Below are positions 8,672 through 17,876 of a DNA stretch of 64,000 nucleotides, piece after piece. This DNA comes from an uncultured Actinomycetes bacterium (GTDB taxonomy: Bacteria; SZUA-79; Acidulodesulfobacterales; Acidulodesulfobacteraceae). Below the pieces are notes generated by a model that had not been told where the DNA came from, did no database searches, and worked only from the letters and a program-made list of their open reading frames with translations. The translations under genes were made by a program, and so were the position numbers. Position 1 is the stretch's first letter, and the number at the start of each line of letters is the position of its first letter. The stretch covers positions 1 to 64,000 of the forward strand of contig CAZVZU010000001.1 in the NCBI GenBank assembly GCA_964631685.1. Direction: 5' to 3'.

Positions 8672-10033
8672 ATGATGTTTAGAAAACATAAAATTTTAGC
8701 AGGCTTATTATTCATGTCGATTGCTCTGTTTATTTCTTTAATGATGCCTGTGTCATCTAATGCTAAAATAATTTATGTTGGAGAAAATAAGCCGTTTCGC
8801 TCTATACAAAATGCGGTAAAATCGGCAAATAGCGGAGATACCATAATTGTTGAAAATGGACGTTATTCAGGGAGTATATTTATCAACAAGCCGCTGACCT
8901 TGATTGGGGTAAACTATCCGGTTATAAATACTCTTTTAAAGGGAAGCGGCATCGTTGTAGACGCAAGGCATGTATTGGTTAAGGGATTTAAGATAATAAA
9001 TGACGGGGACAATCTTGGGAAGATGGATGCAGGGATACTGTTAAGGCAGAAAGCCGATTTTGCGGTTATTGAAAATAATTACATAATAGATTCCAATGCT
9101 AACGGAATATATGTAGACGGCGCATTTTATGCTACCGTAAAGGATAATTTCATCTCATCTTCCAGAAATGCTCCTTGGGGAGCGCGAGGATACGGATTCT
9201 ATTTATGGAATGCTCAATATGACGTATTGGAGGAAAATGTCATTAAATATTTTGTAGGCGGGTTTTATGTTATATCGTCTCCAAATTCTTATCTCATAAA
9301 GAACATCATAATAGATGATTATTATGGTACCCATTATATGTATTCATATCACGATGTCGTTGCCGGAAATTTTGTAAAAAACACCGTAGTTGGTTTGGCG
9401 CTCATGTATTCCAATTATATAACGGCATCCTTTAATACAATAGTCAATGCGAAACATAAGGGTTTTTTGTTTAATCAGGCGTTTTACGATACCATTGCAA
9501 GCAATACGGTTATTAATTGCGGCAAGGGTATGGATCTATATGATACCGTTTGGAATAAGATAATTCATAACCTTATTATTCATAATGGCATAGGGATGCA
9601 CGTGTGGGGCGGGTCGTTCCATAATACGGTATATAATAACTCTTTTATAAATAACAGGTTTCAGATAAAGTTTCTTGCTCATGCCAATATATATTGGGAT
9701 TATAAGGGTGAGGGCAACTTTTGGTCGGATTACAACGGTTTTACAACAAAAAAGGGTAATGTAGGCGAGTTGCCTTATAGGGCTAATTCTATAGTAAGCT
9801 TAATATATTGGAAATTTCCCTTAGCCAAGTTGCTATTGAGTGGTTCGCCTATCATTCAAACGTTAGAGTTTATAGCGAACAGTTTTCCTATCTTTACCGT
9901 AGCGGGTATCGTTGACAGATATCCGTACCTAAATCCTACTTTTCCAAAGAAGATAATAGTTGATTCAGTAAAGGATGGTTTTTCTTATGTTAAAATCAAA
10001 ACAAGCATCGAACGAAAACAATATGAACAGTAG
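8672..10033 (+). CDS. nosD: Periplasmic maturation protein NosD
   Basis: Signal peptide, beta-helix repeats, HYMYS and GNFWSDY motifs. Confidence 0.95.
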   Translation: MMFRKHKILAGLLFMSIALFISLMMPVSSNAKIIYVGENKPFRSIQNAVKSANSGDTIIVENGRYSGSIFINKPLTLIGVNYPVINTLLKGSGIVVDARHVLVKGFKIINDGDNLGKMDAGILLRQKADFAVIENNYIIDSNANGIYVDGAFYATVKDNFISSSRNAPWGARGYGFYLWNAQYDVLEENVIKYFVGGFYVISSPNSYLIKNIIIDDYYGTHYMYSYHDVVAGNFVKNTVVGLALMYSNYITASFNTIVNAKHKGFLFNQAFYDTIASNTVINCGKGMDLYDTVWNKIIHNLIIHNGIGMHVWGGSFHNTVYNNSFINNRFQIKFLAHANIYWDYKGEGNFWSDYNGFTTKKGNVGELPYRANSIVSLIYWKFPLAKLLLSGSPIIQTLEFIANSFPIFTVAGIVDRYPYLNPTFPKKIIVDSVKDGFSYVKIKTSIERKQYEQ

Positions 10034-10997
10034 TGAACTACCCGTGATGGAGCTAATTAACATCAATAAGGAATATAGACTCGGGGGCGGATATGTGTTT
10101 AGAGCGCTAAGGGATATAAATTTTTCGGTGAAAGAAGGTGAAGTTTTAACGATTCTCGGTCATAACGGCGCTGGTAAGTCTACCCTTATAAAGATAATCA
10201 TGGGTTTTACGAGGGTTACAACCGGTAAAATAAAAATTTTCAACACCGATACGTCTAGAATGCTTCCTAAACGCGTCAAGGCTAGAATCGGCTATATTCC
10301 TGAGGTTGTCCACTTTTATGGAAATTTGTCCGGAATCGAAATTATGAAATTTTTCGGAAAACTTAATAATGTTTATAATAAAAAATTCTTTGAAGAGCTA
10401 TTAGATAAAGTTGGTATATCTAATGCTGCAAATAAAAAGGTAATTTCATATTCAAAAGGGATGATGCAACGACTGGCATTTGCAGTATCGCGTATTAAAG
10501 ATCCGGATATTTACATCTTGGACGAACCTACAAGCGGGATGGATCCTACTGCCGTTAATGATTTTATTTCTCTTATCAGGCTTATACATGAAGGAGGAAA
10601 AACCGTAGTAATGGCGGCGCATATTCTTTCAGAGATTGAGGATATTTCCAGTAGAATATGTATAATATTAAATGGGAGCATCACAGCTCTTGGCAAAATA
10701 CCGGAACTATCGGAAGGGCTTGGATTACCAACGACAATGAATTTAAGATTAAAAGACGGTTTTCAATTTAAAGAAAGCTGGTTCGAACATATAAAAGATG
10801 CTAATCTAATTATTGATTATAAATTCAGAGATAAACTTTCATCTGCATATATTAAATTTGTAGAAATAAATAGGATAAAACTAATAAATGAGGTTGTCGG
10901 TAAATATACTAATGACCTTATGGATATAAATTTTGAGAAACCTGGCCTTCTCGAAATTTTTAGTCATTTTTCTAACAAGAAGGTGCACAATGATTAA
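10023..10997 (+). CDS. nosF: ABC transporter ATPase NosF
   Basis: GHNGAGKST, YSKGMMQR signature, ILDEPTSG. ATG at 10023 overlaps the nosD stop (the track start 9975 is probably too early). Confidence 0.92.
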   Translation: MNSSELPVMELININKEYRLGGGYVFRALRDINFSVKEGEVLTILGHNGAGKSTLIKIIMGFTRVTTGKIKIFNTDTSRMLPKRVKARIGYIPEVVHFYGNLSGIEIMKFFGKLNNVYNKKFFEELLDKVGISNAANKKVISYSKGMMQRLAFAVSRIKDPDIYILDEPTSGMDPTAVNDFISLIRLIHEGGKTVVMAAHILSEIEDISSRICIILNGSITALGKIPELSEGLGLPTTMNLRLKDGFQFKESWFEHIKDANLIIDYKFRDKLSSAYIKFVEINRIKLINEVVGKYTNDLMDINFEKPGLLEIFSHFSNKKVHND

Positions 10998-11829
10998 CTT
11001 AAAGGTGATTTTAACGATCTCACAAAAGGAATTCATGGGCAGAATTAAAAATATTTCACTTTTTATTTTAATTTTTATTCTTGCCGTGTTATCCTTCGCG
11101 ATCTCTTATTTTGGCACAAGTCCATCCGGCTTAACCGGTTTTCGCGGCGTAAATGTAACAATAGCGTCGCTTATGAGCTTATCTATTTATCTAATTCCAT
11201 TAATAGCCCTTATACTCAGCTATGATTCTATTACGGGGGAGGAGGAAGACAGAACGATGCCATTGCTTTTATCTTCGTCTGCTTCCAGGGGTGAAATATA
11301 TCTCGGTAAATTTATAGGACTTACAATCGTTATCTTTATAGCAATTTTTATCGGATATGGCATATCGGGTATTGCGATTTTATCAACCGGAAATATCGGT
11401 AATATAGTTTCCTATTTTAATTTCATATTTGCTTCAATTTTGCTCGGTGTGTCTTTCTTGTCCATAGGCTTGCTAGTCTCCAGCTTTACCAGGTCAAGGA
11501 CATCTTCTATAACCATCTCCGTATTTTTATGGTTTTTTTATGTTTTTATCTATGATTTGTTATTGGTAGGGATTCTTGTTGCTACGAAGGGCCAGCTTGC
11601 GTTTATAAATAATACGGTAATTGGCGGCTTCATGCTGGTTAATCCTACTGATGTTTACAGGCTGTTTACCATCTCTTTTATACACGGTCTTAAGAGATAT
11701 TATGGACTAACAAGTATTATAACGGGAAAATTTATGCTGAACCATTTTCTATTGATTTTTACATATATTATGTGGATTCTTATGCCTATGTTCTTAGGTA
11801 TGTTTATATTCTATAAAAAAAGATATTAA
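10990..11829 (+). CDS. nosY: ABC transporter permease NosY
   Basis: Multi-TM; TIASLMSLSIYLIPLIAL..YDSITGE, GKFIG, NPTDVYR; ATG at 10990 coupled to the nosF stop. Confidence 0.93.
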   Translation: MINLKVILTISQKEFMGRIKNISLFILIFILAVLSFAISYFGTSPSGLTGFRGVNVTIASLMSLSIYLIPLIALILSYDSITGEEEDRTMPLLLSSSASRGEIYLGKFIGLTIVIFIAIFIGYGISGIAILSTGNIGNIVSYFNFIFASILLGVSFLSIGLLVSSFTRSRTSSITISVFLWFFYVFIYDLLLVGILVATKGQLAFINNTVIGGFMLVNPTDVYRLFTISFIHGLKRYYGLTSIITGKFMLNHFLLIFTYIMWILMPMFLGMFIFYKKRY

Positions 11830-11851
11830 TTGATTAAGGAGGGTTAATTGT

Positions 11852-12118
11852 ATGAGTGATATTTTTAGCGGTATTGAGGATGATTCCGCAAAAAAAGAAC
11901 TTGCGGAGATGATCCGCGAGATAACCTTAATGAAGGTTGCGATAGACAATATTAAAAATAATTATGACGTTAGTGACGAAAGCGCATTATTGAGAAAGAT
12001 AAAAAAGGGTTCAATCCAGGAACATCCGGCCTACGAGGGCTATCTATCTATACTTCATATCAGAGACTACATTGCACATTATAGGCTCAACATACAAAGC
12101 TTTATGGATAAATCATAA
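11852..12118 (+). CDS. Small helical hypothetical protein, similar to the antitoxin-like partners of DUF6516 proteins
   Basis: Strong RBS AAGGAGG; 88 aa; motif KIKKGSIQEHPAYEGY; family assignment from recall only. Confidence 0.6.
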   Translation: MSDIFSGIEDDSAKKELAEMIREITLMKVAIDNIKNNYDVSDESALLRKIKKGSIQEHPAYEGYLSILHIRDYIAHYRLNIQSFMDKS

Positions 12119-12132
12119 AAAAAGGAGGATTT

Positions 12133-12528
12133 ATGGCTGATAAATATGATTTTCTGGAAAATTTTCTGGAAAATAAGACAATTAGTGAGGAGTTTGCGAT
12201 AAAGATAGCCAATGACATAAACACCTCATTTAAGGGTATACTGAAAGTGCCGGCAGAGATAAAAAGTGACGGCTTACTCTTGAAGTTTAATGACGGTTCT
12301 CAACTTGAATTGCGTTATCCATCAAAGAAAAAATATTCTTTTAATTTTTTAAGGGAAGGAAGGTTGTTTGTTATAGACACGGCTCCTATTCATGATGAGC
12401 TTGAGACATACCCCAACCATATCCACGATTTCGATGGAAAATTATTAAAAGACGATATAACAGACGTTAATAATGACCCTATTAAGAATATTGAAAGCTT
12501 CTTACGATTTTTTGACTATATCCAATAA
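12133..12528 (+). CDS. DUF6516 / TumE-like protein
   Basis: RBS AAGGAGG; KYSFNF...IDTAPIHDELETYPNHIH resembles the DNAPHH..L.TFPHH.H motif of DUF6516. Confidence 0.7.
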   Translation: MADKYDFLENFLENKTISEEFAIKIANDINTSFKGILKVPAEIKSDGLLLKFNDGSQLELRYPSKKKYSFNFLREGRLFVIDTAPIHDELETYPNHIHDFDGKLLKDDITDVNNDPIKNIESFLRFFDYIQ

Positions 12529-12529
12529 A

Positions 12530-13579
12530 ATGAATAAATATATAAAACTCATCATCATTATTCTATTTTTTAGCGCATCTCCTCTTATTTTGAGTTCTTG
12601 TGCCAAAAATAAAAGGGACATTATTTCTAAGAAAATTGAAATAACAAAAACCTTTTATTCCATGGGAACTTTTTGGGAGATAAAGGTTATTTCCACACAT
12701 AAAGATAGATTAAAAGATTTAAGGGCGATAGGCCTTGCGGTGAGAAGAGTAAGGGAACTAGACGGCATACTAAGCGATTTTAAGGCATATAGCAATGTAT
12801 CGCTTATCAATGAGTATGCAGGAATAAAACCCGTCAAGGCTGCCCCCGACCTCTTGACGCTTTTAAGAATAAGCCTTAGATTTTATAAGCCAACTTACAA
12901 TGTTTTTGATGTTGCAATTGGTTCTACAATGAAAATATGGGGATTTTACGATAAGCATTACAGGATACCTAGCAAGAGGGCTATCGCTCGCTCGGTTTAT
13001 CTAGATAATCCCTTGTTTGTCAAGATACACGGACGGACTGTTTTTCTAGAAAAAAAAGGTATGATGCTTGACTTTGGAGGGGATGGAGAGGGCTATGGAA
13101 TTGATGAGGCGCTGGCCGTTTTGATGAGCCATGGAATACAAAATGCTCTTATCAATGGCGGAGGGCAGATAACTGCAATTGGAAGAAATATAAATGGGGA
13201 AAAGTGGAGTGTTGGACTACTAGACCCGCTGAATAGGAATAAGATAATCAAGGTCATTAAGCTAACTAATGCTTCTGTTGAAACCTCTGCAAACTATGAA
13301 AACCGATTTTTTTATAAGGGCAAGTATTACGGACATATAATGAACCCTGCAACAGGAATGCCGGTTAGGTCCGACACACTGAGTGATACGGTTATTGTAG
13401 AAAATAAATATTTCAGGTTTCCTTCAACTATTGCCGACCTATTTTCTTGTTCTTTCTTTATCCTGAGTAAGGAACAGATATCTAATGTTATAAATAAATT
13501 TCAGAAACCCGTTGAGGTTATACTCATAAAAAAGGTCAAGGGACATTTGAAGATATATGACTTGTCATCAAACGGATAA
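12530..13579 (+). CDS. nosX: FAD:protein FMN transferase (ApbE/NosX family) lipoprotein
   Basis: Lipobox LSSC; MGT, FDVAIG, LDFGGDGEGY, ETSANYE, HIMNPATG. ATG at 12530 lies 1 nt after the upstream stop. Confidence 0.88.
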   Translation: MNKYIKLIIIILFFSASPLILSSCAKNKRDIISKKIEITKTFYSMGTFWEIKVISTHKDRLKDLRAIGLAVRRVRELDGILSDFKAYSNVSLINEYAGIKPVKAAPDLLTLLRISLRFYKPTYNVFDVAIGSTMKIWGFYDKHYRIPSKRAIARSVYLDNPLFVKIHGRTVFLEKKGMMLDFGGDGEGYGIDEALAVLMSHGIQNALINGGGQITAIGRNINGEKWSVGLLDPLNRNKIIKVIKLTNASVETSANYENRFFYKGKYYGHIMNPATGMPVRSDTLSDTVIVENKYFRFPSTIADLFSCSFFILSKEQISNVINKFQKPVEVILIKKVKGHLKIYDLSSNG

Positions 13580-13590
13580 ATCTGCCAATA

Positions 13591-13622
13591 AAAAAAGCGT
13601 TCGATTATTAATCGAACGCTTT
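13591..13622. terminator. Intrinsic terminator between convergent nosX and pilin genes
   Basis: AAAGCGTTCGATT-ATT-AATCGAACGCTTT, a 13-bp perfect stem with an A-tract on the left (U-tract for the minus strand). Confidence 0.85.
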
Positions 13623-13662
13623 AACGTCATCATATGCATATATATAAAATTAAGCGCAATCC

Positions 13663-14394
13663 TTATGACTGACATGGAGCCAAGTAAACCCCATCGACAT
13701 TACCATTAACAGAATACGACATATAGTAAGCATAACTATCAACCGTCGAACCATTTGAATAGACATAATCAACATTACCAAGTTGCAGGACGTATTCGTT
13801 ATAAGAAACGGTTACTGTCGGCGCTGCGTAATTTGCGTTTGTGGTCGAGTTATTATCGCAGGTTAAACCGGCAGACGTACTAGTGCTGGCCGTTCCCGGA
13901 CCGGTTGCGGTGCCAACACTGTAATTTACCCACCATGAATCAGACGGCACGGTCGTTAAACCTGTAGCTATCGGATTTCCAAAGTTATAAGATACACCAG
14001 AGCCATACCCTGTTGCAGGCATAGAATAGTTCGGTAGCAGTAAAAACGGATTTGCGTACGGATTTGTACCGGCCGCATTAGCCGCTGGCAGAACCGGATT
14101 TAAGGTAACCGTTCCACCACTGGTTGAGCTTACCCCGGTGATAACAATAAAAGTAGATAAATCGTTATTGACTAAATTTTTTGAAAGCTGGGTTGTTAAT
14201 CCTTCACCTATCGAACCTACTACGCCCTGCGAAGCCGCTTTATTAGCCTGTCCTGTTAGGTTTACAAACTTAGGTAGCACAACCGCCGCCAAGATACCGA
14301 TTAGGAGGATGACCATAACAAGCTCAATAAGCGTAAACGCTTCGTTGTTATGACCGCCCTTCTTCGTTACCAAATTACTAAACTTATTTCTCAT
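13663..14394 (-). CDS. Type IV pilin, MshA-like N-terminus
   Basis: Basic leader then A|FTLIELVMVILLIGILAAVVLPKF with E5; two Cys in the C-terminal half. Confidence 0.9.
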   Translation of the reverse strand: MRNKFSNLVTKKGGHNNEAFTLIELVMVILLIGILAAVVLPKFVNLTGQANKAASQGVVGSIGEGLTTQLSKNLVNNDLSTFIVITGVSSTSGGTVTLNPVLPAANAAGTNPYANPFLLLPNYSMPATGYGSGVSYNFGNPIATGLTTVPSDSWWVNYSVGTATGPGTASTSTSAGLTCDNNSTTNANYAAPTVTVSYNEYVLQLGNVDYVYSNGSTVDSYAYYMSYSVNGNVDGVYLAPCQS

Positions 14395-14634
14395 GTGTCA
14401 GTCCCCCATAAAAAATTAATGTATAAAACCATTATTAAATCCGTTGAGTTTATCGGATAATAGTGCTTAAGCAATAAACACATCTTTTATCCATTATACA
14501 TCCTATTTATTTCAAAAATCAAATATAAAATAAAATATATATTTCTCGTTAAGGCACTATTGATAAATTAGGCGTATAGGTATAGACTAAGGATAGTACT
14601 GATTAAGTTAAAAGAAAGAGAGGAGGGTGTTATT

Positions 14635-15006
14635 ATGATTAATAGCAAGATTATAGAGATACTAAAGCACGAAGGACCTGCGAGTTTTGCGACATACGGA
14701 ACCGACGGAATTCACATGGCGGCGACTTGGAATAGCTACATCGACGCCACAGATAGCGACAACCTTTTAATTCCGGCGGGTCACCTAAATAAATCACAAA
14801 GAAATATTGAGGCCGGTAGTGATGTTCAAATGATACTTGCATCAAAAAGTGTTGAGGGTTTACAGGGTAAGGGTGCCGGTTTTTTGCTCAAGGGCAAGGC
14901 GAGATTCGAAAGTTCAGGTGCTAACTTTGATAAAATGGAATCACGTTTTGATTGGGTAAGGTCGGTAATGGTGTTTCATATAACCGAGGTATCGGAACTT
15001 ACGTAG
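14635..15006 (+). CDS. FMN-binding split-barrel protein (pyridoxamine 5'-phosphate oxidase-like; Desulfovibrio FMN-bp type)
   Basis: LKHEG..SFAT.G.DG.H...TWNSY, GAGFLLKGKARF, RFDWVRS. Confidence 0.88.
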   Translation: MINSKIIEILKHEGPASFATYGTDGIHMAATWNSYIDATDSDNLLIPAGHLNKSQRNIEAGSDVQMILASKSVEGLQGKGAGFLLKGKARFESSGANFDKMESRFDWVRSVMVFHITEVSELT

Positions 15007-15741
15007 CTATTCCTTGTTATGATATTTGGTGGGATCTTTAATCCCTGCTAGCTTGAACCCGTTCGACCGTAAAATACAAGAGTCACATACGCCGCATGCC
15101 AACCCTTCTATCGGGTCGTAGCAACTGTGTGTGAGCTCAAGTGGGGCGCCTATTTCACCGGCTTTGATGATTATGTCCTTTTTGGTTAGTTGAAGTAGCG
15201 GTGCATTAATCTTAAACTTAGTTTCACCGGTTATGGATGTTTTAGTGGCTAGGTTTGCCATTTTTTCAAAAGCGTGCAGATAATCGGGTCTACAATCCGG
15301 ATAACCGCTGTAATCAATATGATTTGCCCCTATAAAAATATCACTTGCGCAGTTAACTTCAGCAATGGCTAATGCGTAGGATAGGAATATTGTGTTTCTC
15401 GCGGGGACATAAGTTATCGGAATATTATCAATATCGATGTTGTTTGTGTCGTGGTCCTTTTCCGATATATCTTCTTTAATTCTGCCCTGAGGTACATCTA
15501 TGGATAAATCTACTAAAGCAGAACCCTTAATTTGACCAAAATCCAAGTTGATTATTACGTGGGTTTTTAGATTAAAAAACTTGACTATGTCTTTTGCATG
15601 TTCGATTTCAGTTTTATGCCTTTGATTGTAAAAAAATGTAAGCGGAATTACTTCAAAGCCTTCATCTATAGCAATCTTTAACACTGTGGCGGAATCTAAC
15701 CCCCCGCTAAGGAGAACTACTGATGTTTTAGGTTTATTCAT
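15007..15741 (-). CDS. queC: 7-cyano-7-deazaguanine synthase
   Basis: LLSGGLDS, TYVPARN, DYSGYPDCR, SCY...CGVCDSCILR. Confidence 0.97.
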   Translation of the reverse strand: MNKPKTSVVLLSGGLDSATVLKIAIDEGFEVIPLTFFYNQRHKTEIEHAKDIVKFFNLKTHVIINLDFGQIKGSALVDLSIDVPQGRIKEDISEKDHDTNNIDIDNIPITYVPARNTIFLSYALAIAEVNCASDIFIGANHIDYSGYPDCRPDYLHAFEKMANLATKTSITGETKFKINAPLLQLTKKDIIIKAGEIGAPLELTHSCYDPIEGLACGVCDSCILRSNGFKLAGIKDPTKYHNKE

Positions 15742-15763
15742 AGTAAGGGTAAAAATTTAAAAA

Positions 15764-15818
15764 TGTAACAAAAATGTAACAAAAATGTAATAATTCTGTA
15801 ACATTTGTTTGATAAAAT
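15764..15818 (+). promoter_or_regulatory. Pho box (four 11-bp-period repeats) with -10 element
   Basis: TGTAACA / TGTAACA / TGTAATA / TGTAACA starting at 15764, 15775, 15786, 15797; TAAAAT at 15813-15818; upstream of pstC. Confidence 0.8.
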
Positions 15819-15973
15819 TTAATAGACACAAATTATGTTATGTCTATTATAATACATATTGCTGTAATTTTGGATATTTTTTTACTGAAAATCGTAAATG
15901 TATGTGTTATAATCGAGAAAATTTCGTTAGGGGCAATAGTTTAAATACTTAAATAAGGACGGGTTTTAACTTC

Positions 15974-16918
15974 ATGTTCAGCTTAAAATATAAAGACGAC
16001 TTGTTTAAATTGGTTCTTTCGTTGTTCGTCTTATCTGTTGTCTCCATCTTTCTAATGACCGTTGCTATAGTGCTTTTTTATAGCTATCCTTCTATTGTCA
16101 GATATGGTTTTTCATTTTTATGGGTATCAACGTGGAATCCTCCAAAAGAGATATTCGGCGCACTCACATTTCTTGTCGGTACATTTGTGGTGACATTCCT
16201 TGCTTTAATATTTGCAATACCGTTCAGTCTTGGTATAGGTATATTTCTCGAAGAGTACTGTCCGTTTTTTTTAAAGAGTTTTTTTACGATAATAATTGAG
16301 ATGTTGGCGGGTATCCCAAGTGTAATATTCGGTGTTTGGGGCGTTTTAACCATTGTTCCATGGATAAGAGATTCCATTGAACCCTTTTTTAATAGTCATT
16401 TTTCGTATATTCCATTTTTAAGGGTTAGTGAGAATATAGGATACGGCATACTTGCAGCGAGTATAGTTGTTGCATTTATGATTTTACCGATTATATCCTC
16501 CATTACCAAGGATTCTCTCTCGTCCGTGCCTAAGATTGCCAAGGATGGTGCCTTTGCTATGGGGGCTACAAAGCTTGACGTCATTAAAGATGTATCTGTG
16601 CCATATGCTTTAAACGGCATTTATGGGGGGATTATTTTGGGTTTTGGTAGGGCGATCGGAGAAACGATTGCCGTTGTCCTTTTAATCGGAAACCAGGCCA
16701 TAATCCCTAAGTCTTTATTTGATGTAGGTTATACAATATCGTCCTTGCTTGCAAATACCTTCACATTTGCGGTAATTAGTCCAATATATGCTTCGGCGGA
16801 GGTTGAACTTGCATTGCTACTACTGCTTGTTAGCCTTATCGTAAATGTAGTTGGGAGGAATATATTGAATAGGGTAATAGGCGGCAAGTTTAGTAGATCA
16901 CAATTTGGAGGGGGTTAA
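15974..16918 (+). CDS. pstC: Phosphate ABC transporter permease
   Basis: WNP, IEMLAGIPSVIFGVWG, GRAIGETIAV. Confidence 0.95.
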   Translation: MFSLKYKDDLFKLVLSLFVLSVVSIFLMTVAIVLFYSYPSIVRYGFSFLWVSTWNPPKEIFGALTFLVGTFVVTFLALIFAIPFSLGIGIFLEEYCPFFLKSFFTIIIEMLAGIPSVIFGVWGVLTIVPWIRDSIEPFFNSHFSYIPFLRVSENIGYGILAASIVVAFMILPIISSITKDSLSSVPKIAKDGAFAMGATKLDVIKDVSVPYALNGIYGGIILGFGRAIGETIAVVLLIGNQAIIPKSLFDVGYTISSLLANTFTFAVISPIYASAEVELALLLLLVSLIVNVVGRNILNRVIGGKFSRSQFGGG

Positions 16919-16931
16919 TACACAATAGTTT

Positions 16932-17861
16932 ATGATGGAACCTAACGATATCGTAAAGGAAAGAGATCCGATGACTGTATTTCCTACGAACAAGGGATAT
17001 ATAAGAAGAAAAAAGTTTTATAACAATGTTGCGGTTTTTTTTGCTGTTTTAGCTTTTGTTATTGGGGTTTTTCCTGTATTTCACATCATATATCAGGCAT
17101 TTGTCGTAGGATACAAGTATCTTAACTGGAAATTTATCACTACATTGCCGACGGGTTTTCCGATAGGGGCGGAGGGTGGTATATTAAATGCCATTGTAGG
17201 AGATGTTTATCTTGTTGTTATTGCATCTATGCTTGCGCTTCCTATAGGCATAGGTACAGGGTTATATTTGTCTCTCTTTGGAAAGAAAAGGATGAATAGT
17301 ATCTTAAGATTATTAAACGAACTAATGCTTGGAATTCCGTCTATAGTCTGGGGTATTGTAGGTTTTTACGTGTTCAGTACAAATGCAGGTTTGGGTTTTC
17401 ATTTTGGTTTTTCAGCCCTCGCAGGGGGATTAACACTTGGTTTCATTATGATACCCATTGTTACATTATTGACCGAACAGGCCGTAAACCGTATTCCACC
17501 CGGCTATATAGAGGGAGCCCTTGCTATGGGCGCTACTAAATGGCAGACCACAAAATCGGTTGTGATAAAAGCGGCATTAGGCGGTATATTTATTGGAATA
17601 CTGCTGGGTGTAATGAATATCATTGGACAGACTGCCCCGCTGTTGTTCACAAACTACTACAATACTGGCTTGCCTACCGGTGTTGTCGGTCCAGGTGGCG
17701 CTGTTGGGGATATGGCAATGCTTATTTTTATTTATATTCATGAGCCTTCGAAGATTTTACATATTAAGGCAGAAACGGCATCACTGGTTTTGCTTTTTTT
17801 TATTTTTGCTATAGATATTGGATTGAGGTTCATAAGCTATTTAACAAGAAAATTTTTATAA
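16932..17861 (+). CDS. pstA: Phosphate ABC transporter permease
   Basis: GGILNAIVG, GIPSIVWG, EGALAMGATKWQT, GQTAPLLFT. Confidence 0.95.
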   Translation: MMEPNDIVKERDPMTVFPTNKGYIRRKKFYNNVAVFFAVLAFVIGVFPVFHIIYQAFVVGYKYLNWKFITTLPTGFPIGAEGGILNAIVGDVYLVVIASMLALPIGIGTGLYLSLFGKKRMNSILRLLNELMLGIPSIVWGIVGFYVFSTNAGLGFHFGFSALAGGLTLGFIMIPIVTLLTEQAVNRIPPGYIEGALAMGATKWQTTKSVVIKAALGGIFIGILLGVMNIIGQTAPLLFTNYYNTGLPTGVVGPGGAVGDMAMLIFIYIHEPSKILHIKAETASLVLLFFIFAIDIGLRFISYLTRKFL

Positions 17862-17876
17862 GGGTAAAAACTTGAT

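Noticed and set aside
3391..13662. nos cluster as a recently mobile island
   Set aside because: No integrase, transposase, tRNA or flanking direct repeats were found and composition looks similar to the host. An ancient transfer remains possible.
14395..14634. c-di-GMP riboswitch or sigma54 promoter upstream of the pilin
   Set aside because: No GEMM-type conserved elements and no TGGCAC-N5-TTGC found on the relevant strand.
15764..15803. Tandem repeat as a CRISPR array or replication iterons
   Set aside because: The unit is only 11 bp with no spacers, and there are no cas or rep genes. Position and period fit a Pho box.
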